Source: Cyanobacteria bacterium REEB67 (GTDB lineage: Bacteria; Cyanobacteriota; Vampirovibrionia; Obscuribacterales; Obscuribacteraceae). Taken from it: DNA of 64,000 bases. Of this stretch, positions 1-8,674 are shown piece after piece. The stretch spans positions 5,505 through 69,504 of the forward strand of contig JAGXAB010000022.1 in assembly GCA_018971775.1 (NCBI GenBank). Direction: 5' to 3'. The first letter of the stretch is position 1, and the number at the start of each line of letters is the position of its first letter. The notes under the pieces are model-generated. The model saw only the letters and a program-made list of their open reading frames with translations, did not search any database and was not told where the DNA came from. The position numbers and the translations under genes were made by a program.

Positions 1-941
1 CCCGGAAGCGTATTCACTTCCAGGATGAAGAGGCCGCCATCCTTATCGACCATCATGTCGACGCGGGAGTAGCCGCTGCAGTTGAGGGCGCGGAAGGTTT
101 TCTTGGCCAGTTCTTTGGCTTTGGCCGTTGTCTGTTCGGAGAGTTCGGCGGGCAGGACAAAATCGGTCATGCCCTTGGTGTATTTGGCTTCGTAATCGTA
201 AAATCCGGCTTTGGATTTCGGACGTAGCTCAAGAATAGGCAGCGCCCTCAGCTCGCTTTGATTGCTGAAAGTATGGCTGGCGGCTGAAGCATGCGCGGCG
301 TGACCATTTTCTTTGCTGGCACTGGCATCTTTTCTAGATGTCTCTTCGAGGACGCCGACGGTGATTTCCTGTCCCTTGATGTAATGCTCGACGATGGCGC
401 CGCCAAATTTTTCCACGGTCTCACGCACGAGCGGTCCGATTTCAGCGGCGTTTTCCACTTTGTGCACGCCGACCGAGGAGCCTTCATTCAAAGGTTTGAT
501 CATCACCGGCGGTGGCGGCAGGGTTTTCAAAAACTGATCGAGATCGGCCAGTTCAAATTCTGTAAGGATATAGCTCTGCGGATAAGGCAGGCCCTGGGCG
601 GAGAGCACACGCTTGGTCAGAGGCTTGTTCATGGCCAGGGCCGATGAGAGGACGCCGGAGCCGGTGTAGGGCACTTTCAAAAGCTCGAGCAGGCCCTGTA
701 CGGTGCCGTCTTCGCCGTAGCGGCCGTGCAGGCTGAGGAAGGCGACTTCAATCTGTTTGGCTTTCAGATCTTCGGCCAGATTTTCGCCGACATCGATCAG
801 GGTGGCATTCTTATAACCCAGTCGTTGCAGGGCGTTGAAGCAATTCTGGCCGGAGCGCAGAGAGACTTCTCTCTCGTTTGACGTACCGCCGTAGAGGACT
901 CCGATTGTGGTTTCTTTTCCTAGCTTAGGCGCTACTTTCAT
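1..941 (-). CDS. ddl: D-alanine--D-alanine ligase (3' end runs off the window start)
   Basis: I translated the minus strand by hand from the ATG at 941 to position 1 and found no stop. The product reads MKVAPKLGKETTIGVLYGGTSNEREVSLRSG...HGRYGEDGTVQGLLELLKVPYTGSGVLSSALAMNKPLTK...FYDYEAKYTKG...LFILEVNTLPG, which are classic Ddl motifs. The ORF track misses it because it has no stop in the window. It overlaps the murB stop by 17 nt. Confidence 0.9.
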   Translation of the reverse strand, partial: MKVAPKLGKETTIGVLYGGTSNEREVSLRSGQNCFNALQRLGYKNATLIDVGENLAEDLKAKQIEVAFLSLHGRYGEDGTVQGLLELLKVPYTGSGVLSSALAMNKPLTKRVLSAQGLPYPQSYILTEFELADLDQFLKTLPPPPVMIKPLNEGSSVGVHKVENAAEIGPLVRETVEKFGGAIVEHYIKGQEITVGVLEETSRKDASASKENGHAAHASAASHTFSNQSELRALPILELRPKSKAGFYDYEAKYTKGMTDFVLPAELSEQTTAKAKELAKKTFRALNCSGYSRVDMMVDKDGGLFILEVNTLP

Positions 942-1845
942 TTTTTCCCCTCCAAACACTCAGCTCTTCATCAGTGAAGGAGCCCATCGTCTTCCATTCC
1001 GGTACGAGATCCAACTGAAAGGCTTCACGCACGCATTCTTGCATACGGCGAAGTAATGAGGTTACCTCATGCGAGGTGGCTCCGCCTAAATTGATCACAA
1101 AATTAGCATGAATATCCGAGACAGCGGCCTGTCCTTCCTTCAAATTCTTGACGCCGGCTTTATCGAGCAGGAAGCCGGCCGCTTTGTCCGGAAGCGGATT
1201 TTTGAATGTACTGCCGGCGTTTGGCCAGCCCATCGGTTGGGTCTTGTAGCGGTAATCTTCGTTATGCTTGGTGCGTTTTTCTATTTCTTCCGGTATGTCG
1301 GCGGGCATTTTGAAGCGGGCCGAGAGGACGACATGACGTGCCGGATCGAGGGCGCAGCGCCGGTACTGGAAGGCGATTTCGTCATTGGTCATGACTGTCA
1401 CCTGACCGGTTTTGCTGTCGAGGACGCGGGCCGTTTCTAAAATGGCCGAGATCTGGCTGCCGTGCGCGCCGGCATTCATGATCACGGCACCGCCTACGGT
1501 GCCGGGTATGCCGACGGCAAATTCCAGACCGGAGAGGCCGAGCTGAGCTGCATGTCTGGCCAGATGCGGCAGGCGAGCGCCCGCTTCCGCTTCCAGTATG
1601 CCTGGTTCGGGGGTGGTGATGGCAATGAGCTTTGTGGTGCGGATTACCGTGCCTTTCACCCCGGCCGATGAGATCAAAAGATTGGAGCCGCCGCCGATGA
1701 CGTACCAGTCCTCTTCTTTTTTGATCAATTCATCGACCAGGTCGACAAGCTCGTCGACCTTTTCGGGATGGCAGAGACGCTCGGCTTCGCCACCGATTTT
1801 AATGGTGGTGTAGCGCGCCAGTGGTGCTTGCTTCGCCTCTTCCAT
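925..1845 (-). CDS. murB: UDP-N-acetylenolpyruvoylglucosamine reductase
   Basis: This 306-aa ORF carries VIGGGSNLLIS (FAD-binding region) and AGSTFKNP plus GGATSHEV-type C-terminal motifs. It lies between murC and ddl with a 2-nt gap and a 17-nt overlap. Confidence 0.92.
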   Translation of the reverse strand: MEEAKQAPLARYTTIKIGGEAERLCHPEKVDELVDLVDELIKKEEDWYVIGGGSNLLISSAGVKGTVIRTTKLIAITTPEPGILEAEAGARLPHLARHAAQLGLSGLEFAVGIPGTVGGAVIMNAGAHGSQISAILETARVLDSKTGQVTVMTNDEIAFQYRRCALDPARHVVLSARFKMPADIPEEIEKRTKHNEDYRYKTQPMGWPNAGSTFKNPLPDKAAGFLLDKAGVKNLKEGQAAVSDIHANFVINLGGATSHEVTSLLRRMQECVREAFQLDLVPEWKTMGSFTDEELSVWRGKNESSA

Positions 1846-1847
1846 GA

Positions 1848-3383
1848 CTACTTGCTCTGGAGCAGGCTGAGAAGCTCTCCCCCGACATGGGTGACATCGC
1901 CTGCTCCGACTGTCAAAATCAGGTCGTTGGCTTTGAGATGTTTGAGCAGTTGCTCAGGCAGCGATTTGGCCGGTCCGGCCAGGTAGTGTTTGTCCGGATG
2001 GTGCATCGCCTCTACAAAAGTAGCTGAATCGATGCCTTCGATCTTGCCACCGCGGGCGATGTAAACGTCGGCAATCAAAGCCAGGTCGGCGTCGCCAAAG
2101 GCCTGGGTAAATTCCACCCAGAGATCGCGCAGGCGGGCCGGTTGGTGCGGCTGGAAAAGAATAACGACGCGACCTTTGCCGCGTTCCTGATTGACGTATT
2201 CACGGGCTGCTTTTAAGGTGGCTACGACTTCGGTCGGATGGTGAGCATAATCATCGACGATCAAGATACCCTGGCTTTCGCCGATGATTTGAAATCTTCT
2301 ATCGACGCCGCGAAATTGCGACATGCCGGCACTGGCTTGACTGAAGTTGCCGCCGAGCTCCATGGCCGTAGCAATCGCCGCCAGAGCATTGAGCTTGTTG
2401 TGTTCGCCCGGCACTTTCAAATCACAGACGCCGAGCACTTGATCGTAGTGATAGACACGCATCGAAAAGCCGGCAAGGCTTTCATAGGTATAGTCAGCGT
2501 TGAAGCGATCGCTTACGTCGTCGGCCTGGCGGACGCCGTAGGTGACGATTTTGCTGCCGCCGCTGTTTTTGACCATATCGATGAGCTTGAGGCAACCGGC
2601 ATCATCGGTACAGATAATTGTCTTGGACTGCGTATTGGCATAAAACTTGGCCATCACCGCGAGGATTTCATCGAGACCACCAGGATAGTTTTCCAGGTGA
2701 TCCGGCTCGATATTGGTGATTACGGAAAGATAAGGCGTCGAGCTGACGTGGGTGCCGTCCGATTCATCGGCTTCGGCGACGAAATATCCACCTTTGCCCA
2801 TACGCGAATTGGCGCCGATGTGGTGAAAGATGCCACCAACGACGATGCTCGGATCCATGCCGCAATTGAGCATCACCTGGCCAACCATGGCGCTGGTCGT
2901 CGTTTTGCCGTGGGTGCCGGTGATGGCGACAAGTTTATCGTCTTTGGCGAGATAGGCGAGCAACTGCGAGCGGTGCCATATAGGCAGATTGCGACGTTTG
3001 GCTTCTTCGAGCTCGGGATTGCCGGCGACGATTGCAGTCGATACGACAAGGGCGCCGGCGTCCTTGAGATTGTGGGCTTCGTGCCCGATAAAGATAGTGG
3101 CGCCCAGGCCCTTCAGCTCGTCTGTAATCGGGCTCTCTTGCTTGTCGGAGCCGGAGACCGCCTTGCCTTTGAGCAGCAGTAGTCTGGCCAGAGCAGACAT
3201 ACCAATGCCGCCGATACCCGCCAGGTGCACGGGGCCGGCGATATTATCGAGATTGATGGTATTGCTTGGAGTCAGAGTGTTCTCGACGTTTTGACTGAAA
3301 CTGGTAAGAGCCGGGTTGAGAGCGGAAGCGCTGCTATGTGGATCCAAAATAATCCTCTTTTTGCTGATTGAGCTTATCTGCAC
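1848..3383 (-). CDS. murC: UDP-N-acetylmuramate--L-alanine ligase
   Basis: This 511-aa ORF carries GIGGIGMSALA and ITGTHGKTTTSAM (P-loop) and has Mur-ligase middle and C-terminal domains. About 50 low-complexity residues precede the first conserved motif, so the start is uncertain. Confidence 0.92.
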   Translation of the reverse strand: MQISSISKKRIILDPHSSASALNPALTSFSQNVENTLTPSNTINLDNIAGPVHLAGIGGIGMSALARLLLLKGKAVSGSDKQESPITDELKGLGATIFIGHEAHNLKDAGALVVSTAIVAGNPELEEAKRRNLPIWHRSQLLAYLAKDDKLVAITGTHGKTTTSAMVGQVMLNCGMDPSIVVGGIFHHIGANSRMGKGGYFVAEADESDGTHVSSTPYLSVITNIEPDHLENYPGGLDEILAVMAKFYANTQSKTIICTDDAGCLKLIDMVKNSGGSKIVTYGVRQADDVSDRFNADYTYESLAGFSMRVYHYDQVLGVCDLKVPGEHNKLNALAAIATAMELGGNFSQASAGMSQFRGVDRRFQIIGESQGILIVDDYAHHPTEVVATLKAAREYVNQERGKGRVVILFQPHQPARLRDLWVEFTQAFGDADLALIADVYIARGGKIEGIDSATFVEAMHHPDKHYLAGPAKSLPEQLLKHLKANDLILTVGAGDVTHVGGELLSLLQSK

Positions 3384-3540
3384 GTTTCTGACCTGGCTTA
3401 ATATATTTTTTGCATATTTCCGAGCATGCTTGGCGATATATAAAAGCTTCGATCAGGGGCATGGCGACTGGGTTTTAAGCGTTTCAAAAACACAAAAAAT
3501 CCGCTGGCACAAATATAGCTTGAAAAGCCGCAAAAAGAAA

Positions 3541-3596
3541 CAGACCCTGACTCAGATCGTAATTATTACGCTTGAGATTCAGGGTCTGATTTTTTG
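3541..3596 (-). terminator. Long hairpin flanked by T-runs on both strands, a probable bidirectional intrinsic terminator downstream of rpsT
   Basis: cagaccctga (3541-3550) pairs perfectly with tcagggtctg (3580-3589), with further partial pairing inside. The hairpin is followed by ttttt on the plus strand and tttcttttt on the minus strand. It lies 9 nt past the rpsT stop. Confidence 0.55.
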
Positions 3597-3604
3597 AAGT
3601 CGAT

Positions 3605-3877
3605 CTATTTCTTGGGAGCGATCGCACTGAGCTTTTTGGCCATGCGCGACTTTCTTCTGTTGGCTGCATTTTTATGCAAAATGCCTTTAGCAACAGCTTT
3701 GTCGATCATGGAATAAGCCTGGTGAAGAGCGGTGGCGGCTTCGGCCGGTTTGGACTCGTCAATGGCTTCTTCCACCTTGGTACGGGCGGTGCGCATATTG
3801 GACTTCCAAAAGCGGTTACGGACGCGGTTACGTTCGGCGACTGCTACTCGTTTGATTGCTGACTTGATATTAGGCAC
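3605..3877 (-). CDS. rpsT: 30S ribosomal protein S20
   Basis: The product reads (V)PNIKSAIKRVAVAERNRVRNR...HKNAANRRKSRMAKKL. I chose the GTG at 3877 because it gives the canonical xNIKSAxKR N-terminus. The ORF track starts at the TTG at 3889. Confidence 0.85.
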   Translation of the reverse strand: MPNIKSAIKRVAVAERNRVRNRFWKSNMRTARTKVEEAIDESKPAEAATALHQAYSMIDKAVAKGILHKNAANRRKSRMAKKLSAIAPKK

Positions 3878-4090
3878 AATTACTTCCAACCACTTATATA
3901 TATTAAACGGACCAGAATTTTAGCACATGGCTGAGAGTCGAGGGCAAGAAGGGCTTAAGCTCTATTTCAGGAGCTTAATAACTCGCTCTCCGGATGAGGT
4001 GAAACTCATAAAGACTGGTGAAAGTCTTCTATAAGTCTCGCCCGGTCGGCGCTTGACCGTCCGAAGCTATTGACTGCCTCAGTGACCTAC

Positions 4091-4504
4091 TTATTTACCG
4101 GCGTGGTCGGCGAACTGAGCGGCGAGAGCCGGGTGAGCAGCCTGCGATGAGCAGAAGTCCTTGATGCAATTTTTCAACATGTCCTGACCTTCCTGGGTGG
4201 TCATGCTGGCAAAGAGCTTGCTGATATTTTCGTGGGATTGAGCCAGACCAGCCTGGGGACCATCTTTGAAACGGTCTTGAATAGACGGTGATTCCTGGCT
4301 GACGTCCAGGGCCTTTTCAGCGCTAGCAGCAGGAGCTTGAGCGACAGTTTGATCGCCCACTTTTGCGGCGTTGTCGGCCACTTTGGCATTGGCGCCGGCA
4401 TTATCGTAGGCTGCGTTAAACAGACTGTCGTTAGCCGCCTTGGCATTATTATCGGCTGGCTGATTAGTATTGTCATTGTGGGAGATATGATCGCCATTAG
4501 CCAT
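4091..4504 (-). CDS. Hypothetical protein, 137 aa, with an Asn/Ala/Asp-rich N-terminal half
   Basis: The ORF has an ATG start preceded by ggagaagaagg. I recognised no family motif. The overlapping 125-aa ORF in another frame is less plausible. Confidence 0.4.
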   Translation of the reverse strand: MANGDHISHNDNTNQPADNNAKAANDSLFNAAYDNAGANAKVADNAAKVGDQTVAQAPAASAEKALDVSQESPSIQDRFKDGPQAGLAQSHENISKLFASMTTQEGQDMLKNCIKDFCSSQAAHPALAAQFADHAGK

Positions 4505-4613
4505 GATGTTAAACCTTCTTCTCCTGCAAACCAGTCGTACTGGTTTTTTACTGGTAATCCAGATGTGGTAATAAGCATATCGCCGATTGGTTATTTCGAC
4601 TGGGCTAGTGCTT

Positions 4614-4641
4614 AAAAGAAACGTTTTGACGGCGTCGTTTC
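4614..4641 (-). terminator. Candidate intrinsic terminator after the caspase-like/TonB_C gene
   Basis: The minus strand reads GAAACG-12 nt-CGTTTC followed by TTTT. The stem is only 6 bp. Confidence 0.4.
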
Positions 4642-4775
4642 AACTCACACCTTTCCTATAGCTAACGTTATCGCGCCCCATGGGGCCCGTCAATGTGGTT
4701 TCTACGTAGTAAGGCGGAAATCATTGCTGGGTAAGCGTTTCGGGACGGGCTGATTCTGCGCCCATGGCAAAAATC

Positions 4776-6335
4776 TCATTTATTGGTCACTTTCCAGTCA
4801 AATTTGTAGCGAATCTGGATTTTTTTAGGCGCACCCTTCGGCAGCGGGGGCAAAGGTGAGGCATCAGCCAGGGCTTTGAGGGCGGACTGGTCGATGGTGG
4901 AGTTGCCGCTGCTCTCGACTATTTCCGGCTCGGCGATGCGGCCATCCTTCAATATGGAAAAAACGGCCACGACCGTTTTCTGGTCGAGACCCTTGGGAGT
5001 GGTCCATTTTGCCTGGATCGATTTTTTCATCGCAGCCATATATGGGGCAAAATCGACGTTTTCAGCCGGAGCGGCATCATCGTTTTCGTCTTCTTGTTCT
5101 TCTTTTTCTTCTTTTTCTGCGCGGGCGGCTGCCTCGTCTTGGGCCTTTAGTAATTGCTTGAGCTCGCCCTGACCGTTTGTCGACTGGTCGAGGGCGGCTA
5201 GGTGGGCTGCCAGGGCCGGATCTGTCTGGGCCACGGCGGCGAGCGATTTGCCAAATTTCACCCCGGCGATATCGCCGTTCTTATGAACGCTCATGCCGAG
5301 CGGCATTTTCACCAGATCCGGATTTTCTGCCGAGGCAAAAAGCAAGGGGTGCGAGTGATAATCGCCAGCCTTCGCATCGGCCGGATCTTTGTAATTGACC
5401 ATGATCTGGCTGACATAGGAGGCGATCGCTTCGATCGGCATGGCGCCGCCGCCGGCCTTCATTCCTTCGCCGATGTATTCGACAAAAAAGGACTGCCGTG
5501 CCTGCGGATCGTCGGTCGAGCCTAGCATACGGTCGTCGGCACAGAAAATACTGGCGCCGCTCTTTTTGGCAATCGATTGCATGAGCAGGCCGAAGCCGTA
5601 TGGATAACTGTTGGCCACAGCTTCGGTCGGTGCGATGTCGAGCATGGCGATAATGTTTTTGCACTGGGTGCGCCGGCGCACCTCACCGAGGATGCTCGAA
5701 AGAGACGTTGCCGACGTTTCTTTGCTCGCCAGTTTGCTTTCTGATGTAAGCAGGAGGATATCGCTGACGTCATCGGTCGGTACGAAACGCGTACAGATAT
5801 ATAGGACGATCATGTCGTTGGGCAGGGCGCGTTTGGTCAGCCAGTTTTCCCAGGTGGAATCGGCCAGCGTCTGGCGTGTCACTTTGTCTTCGGTGGCGAC
5901 CAGGACGTGGTCGGGGAGGAAGTGGCCGATTTGCGGATCACAGAGGGTCTGAGTCAAGCTGAGCACATTGCGAGAGGCGTACTTGATTGGTTTGACTGCA
6001 GTGTCTTGATAGTGGCCGACGCCGACCAGCACTGCCCATTTATCGTGAATGGTCAGGAGAGGCGCTTTTGGTTTTTGAGGACCGTTTTTTGTCTGGGTCC
6101 TGGCCGTACCCGGCTCTGTCTGGGCAGAGTCCTGGCCGATCTGACGGACGCCGCCGTCTCTGGCCAAACCTCCGCCGCCACCATGGGCTATAGCAGCTGC
6201 AGGCTCAAAAGCGTATTGCAGGCCGCTTAAGAGAAAAAGCGAGAGGGCGAAAGCGGGTAATTGCCGTCTGCTTAAATAAATTATCGCTGAAAGTGACATC
6301 GCTTTTAATGTTTTCTCGCGGCTGTTGCTTGGCAA
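4776..6335 (-). CDS. Membrane/secreted protein with a caspase-like (peptidase C14 fold) domain, an acidic linker and a TonB C-terminal domain
   Basis: The N-terminus has a hydrophobic segment (LPAFALSLFLLSGLQYAF). A C14-like core follows (KWAVLVGVGHYQD...MIVLYICTRF...NIIAMLDIAP). An EKEEKEEQEDEND linker comes next. The C-terminus reads DFAPYMAAMKKSIQAKW...VVAVFSILKDGRIAEPEIVESSGNSTIDQSALKAL, typical of TonB_C. The start may instead be the internal MSLSAII. Confidence 0.6.
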   Translation of the reverse strand: MPSNSREKTLKAMSLSAIIYLSRRQLPAFALSLFLLSGLQYAFEPAAAIAHGGGGGLARDGGVRQIGQDSAQTEPGTARTQTKNGPQKPKAPLLTIHDKWAVLVGVGHYQDTAVKPIKYASRNVLSLTQTLCDPQIGHFLPDHVLVATEDKVTRQTLADSTWENWLTKRALPNDMIVLYICTRFVPTDDVSDILLLTSESKLASKETSATSLSSILGEVRRRTQCKNIIAMLDIAPTEAVANSYPYGFGLLMQSIAKKSGASIFCADDRMLGSTDDPQARQSFFVEYIGEGMKAGGGAMPIEAIASYVSQIMVNYKDPADAKAGDYHSHPLLFASAENPDLVKMPLGMSVHKNGDIAGVKFGKSLAAVAQTDPALAAHLAALDQSTNGQGELKQLLKAQDEAAARAEKEEKEEQEDENDDAAPAENVDFAPYMAAMKKSIQAKWTTPKGLDQKTVVAVFSILKDGRIAEPEIVESSGNSTIDQSALKALADASPLPPLPKGAPKKIQIRYKFDWKVTNK

Positions 6336-6702
6336 AGATGCTCAGAAGAGACTTCTTAACGGCTGTTAAAAAGCAGCCTAGAGTTTACCGCTTCCCAAGG
6401 GTGGAGAGCGCATATAGAAGTGTTAGCTGATCTAGCTATATCCAGATTATGGCCAATTTTTGTGTAAATTGAAGTATCTTTTAGCCGCAGCCTGAGCCGC
6501 CTGGGCTGTGCTCTTGGACACCGGGCAAAGTCCGTGCCATCAGTAGTCTTGGCCTGGCGAAATATCGAGAATGACAGCTTGAGCCAATTTCCTTCGATCC
6601 TGCCCGGATCGCCTCGCGGCGGAGGGCGTTGGTTCAATGGGAGAAGCTTTTGCGCCGAGCGCAAGGGAGCTCACTTAAGTTATTGAATTAAATAACTTAC
6701 AA

Positions 6703-6724
6703 CTGTAGAAAACCTGTAGAAAAC
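6703..6724. repeat. Perfect tandem 11-bp direct repeat (ctgtagaaaac x2) with degenerate copies downstream
   Basis: The copies at 6703-6713 and 6714-6724 are identical. Partial copies tgtagtc and gtagaaag follow up to about 6746. The 8-6-8 inverted repeat aagttatt-gaatta-aataactt sits just upstream at 6677-6698. Confidence 0.8.
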
Positions 6725-6846
6725 TTTTGTAGTCAAGAGTAGAAAGTGTATATGCACTAGAAAGATAAAATGCTCTAATGCTTGTCTGCGCGTGGATCTC
6801 ACCGGGCGGCTATAGTTTCATATGAGTAACTAATGGGGTTGCCAAG

Positions 6847-7713
6847 TTGTCGGGAAAGCTGTTCATAATCGGTACGCCGATAGGAAATCTCGAAGACATA
6901 TCGATGCGTGCGATCAATGCTCTAAGAGAATGCGATTTTATATTGGCTGAAGATACACGTGTATCGATCAAGCTCCTCAATCACTTCGAAATTAAGAAGA
7001 AGATGTTGAGCTGTCATAAATTCAATGAGCACGAACGTTTGCAACTGCTTGAAGAGGCTAACGCCGCTGGTCAGACAATTGCCTTGATATCGGACGCCGG
7101 CATGCCGCTTGTCAGCGATCCCGGCCATCCAATCGTGCAGGCGGCCATCGGCCTCGATATGCAAATTATCCCGATTGCTGGACCCTCAGCCTTTTTGCTC
7201 GCCCTGGTCGGCTCCGGGATGGCGCTCGATGCCTTTGTTTTCGAAGGTTTTTTGCCGGATCGCAGTGTCGATATTGATAAAAAGTTAAAAGAGCTCTGCC
7301 TGGAGCGCCGCACCATTGTTTTTTATGTTTCGCCTCACAAGCTGAAAAAGGCTCTAGCGGCCATTCTTGAAAATTTCGGCGAACGCAAAGTCTGTCTGGC
7401 CCGCGAGCTGACCAAATTTTACGAACAATTCGAACGCGGTACCGCCGGCACTTTGCTGGCCCTGTATGCCGAGAGCGAACCGCGCGGTGAGTGCGTTCTG
7501 GTAATGGAAGGGCACAAATCAGGGGAGGCTGCCGATGAAAATATGGACGACTGGCAAGATGATCCGGATAAGCGCCAAAAGGTGCTCGCCTTTGTCGGCG
7601 AAATGACCAAAAATGGATTTAAGCTGTCGAAAGCCTGCGCCCTGGCCGCCGAAGAGTTTGCCATCCCGCGCTCCGATATATACAAAGCATCTCTGGCCGG
7701 TCACGGCCAGTAA
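6847..7713 (+). CDS. rsmI: 16S rRNA (cytidine1402-2'-O)-methyltransferase
   Basis: The product reads LFIIGTPIGNLEDISMRAINALRECDFILAEDTRVSIKLL...ISDAGMPLVSDPG, which is the tetrapyrrole-methylase-fold RsmI signature. The start codon is TTG. Confidence 0.9.
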   Translation: MSGKLFIIGTPIGNLEDISMRAINALRECDFILAEDTRVSIKLLNHFEIKKKMLSCHKFNEHERLQLLEEANAAGQTIALISDAGMPLVSDPGHPIVQAAIGLDMQIIPIAGPSAFLLALVGSGMALDAFVFEGFLPDRSVDIDKKLKELCLERRTIVFYVSPHKLKKALAAILENFGERKVCLARELTKFYEQFERGTAGTLLALYAESEPRGECVLVMEGHKSGEAADENMDDWQDDPDKRQKVLAFVGEMTKNGFKLSKACALAAEEFAIPRSDIYKASLAGHGQ

Positions 7714-7764
7714 TCGACACTTCTTATAATCGACGCTCCTTATAATCGTCGCTCCTTATATAAG
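7711..7764. repeat. Tandem 16-bp repeat array containing reiterated TATAAT hexamers
   Basis: The array reads taatcgacacttct / tataatcgacgctcct / tataatcgtcgctcct / tatataag. It starts at the rsmI stop codon. Confidence 0.8.
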
Positions 7765-7834
7765 AATTCGATCCTGAGTAGCGCAATCTCTTACAAGGAC
7801 CAAAATGCGATAATGCTGAAAATTCTTTTTCAGA

Positions 7835-8674
7835 TTGAGAAGAGCAAACTTGTTCATCCCAGGCAAAATTTTGAAAGTGAAAGTGGAGGAGGGCCCCGGC
7901 TCTTTCCTCTATGGTCGGGCAACGATCGTCGACCGGCAGGGCAGTCAATTGCTCATTCAAATTAAGACCGCCAAAGAGAGCAACAAGATTTTGCCCAAGG
8001 GCACTCGGCTATGGTTTACCAACGATTCGCCCTCGATCACTTTTAACGGCATGTGGTTGGCCAGTGTCGTCGGCACACAGGCTCTGCAGGGGCGGACGAT
8101 GCTACTCTGTTCGACGCCGCGACATGAGCCCCTCGAGCAAAAGCGCAGTTGGCCGCGGGTAGCCGTCGAATTGCCGGTGCGCATGAGCCGGCCGGCTTTG
8201 AGTGCGCGTCTCTACGAATGCACCACTATCGATTTGTCGCGCTCCGGTATGACTCTTGAATTTTGCGAAGACCAGGCCGAGCCCTTCGAAGCCGGTCAGG
8301 AAGTGGCACTCGTCCTGCGCTCGCTCCGTCTCGACGTGGCCGTGGCGGCTCGCATCATACGCGTCGACCGGCACTGGATCGCCAATAAGGCAGTGCTCGG
8401 TCTGGAATTTGTCAACCTGCAGGGCGCTGCTCAACAAGAGCTGGACCAGGTCCTGGTGCCGCTCGGCGGCAGACCGCGCAATCCGGAGCTGGAAGCCAAA
8501 GCCAAGGAAGCATCACTCAGCGGTATGGCTACCTGGTCCAAGACTGTCAACCGCATGCCCGGTTTGAAAGCACCGGCAAGCGGCACCAGTAGCGGCGATA
8601 AAATTAACGGCGATAGCTCTGGTGGTGCCGAGGCAAGCAATAAAACGAGTGACGAACAAGAGGTAACCGAATAG
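7835..8674 (+). CDS. PilZ-domain protein (c-di-GMP receptor)
   Basis: RSWPR (RxxxR) and DLSRSG (DxSxxG) occur at the canonical spacing. The C-terminal tail is low-complexity. The start (TTG at 7835) is uncertain because there is no in-frame ATG until well inside the ORF. Confidence 0.75.
   Translation: MRRANLFIPGKILKVKVEEGPGSFLYGRATIVDRQGSQLLIQIKTAKESNKILPKGTRLWFTNDSPSITFNGMWLASVVGTQALQGRTMLLCSTPRHEPLEQKRSWPRVAVELPVRMSRPALSARLYECTTIDLSRSGMTLEFCEDQAEPFEAGQEVALVLRSLRLDVAVAARIIRVDRHWIANKAVLGLEFVNLQGAAQQELDQVLVPLGGRPRNPELEAKAKEASLSGMATWSKTVNRMPGLKAPASGTSSGDKINGDSSGGAEASNKTSDEQEVTE

Noticed and set aside
2238-3182. A 314-aa plus-strand ORF antisense to murC. Similar long antisense ORFs lie at 12344-13372 (in the mutase gene), 13599-14390 and 14448-15014 (in hutU), 15606-16676 (in lysC) and 35852-36439 (in the exonuclease gene).
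   Set aside because: They lie entirely inside genes with unambiguous conserved motifs on the other strand. Their products are Arg/Gly/Ala/Asp-rich with no recognisable motif, as expected for shadow ORFs in GC-rich coding DNA.
3316-3597. A 93-aa plus-strand ORF between murC and rpsT.
   Set aside because: It is AT-rich and hydrophobic by chance. It spans the murC 5' end and the rpsT terminator hairpin, and it has no SD.
4528-4549. A terminator-like hairpin on the plus strand (aaaccagt-cgt-actggttt followed by a T-run).
   Set aside because: No plus-strand gene ends upstream of it. On the minus strand it lies in the 5' leader of the 137-aa ORF and has no following U-run. It may be a leader structure, but I cannot support a function.
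6356-6664. A 102-aa minus-strand ORF in the long intergenic region.
   Set aside because: Its Arg/Pro-rich composition is implausible, it has no SD and I recognised no motif. I treat the region as non-coding.
7724-7960. A 78-aa minus-strand ORF that overlaps the tandem repeat and the PilZ start.
   Set aside because: It overlaps the better-supported PilZ ORF and runs through the non-coding repeat array. I recognised no motif.
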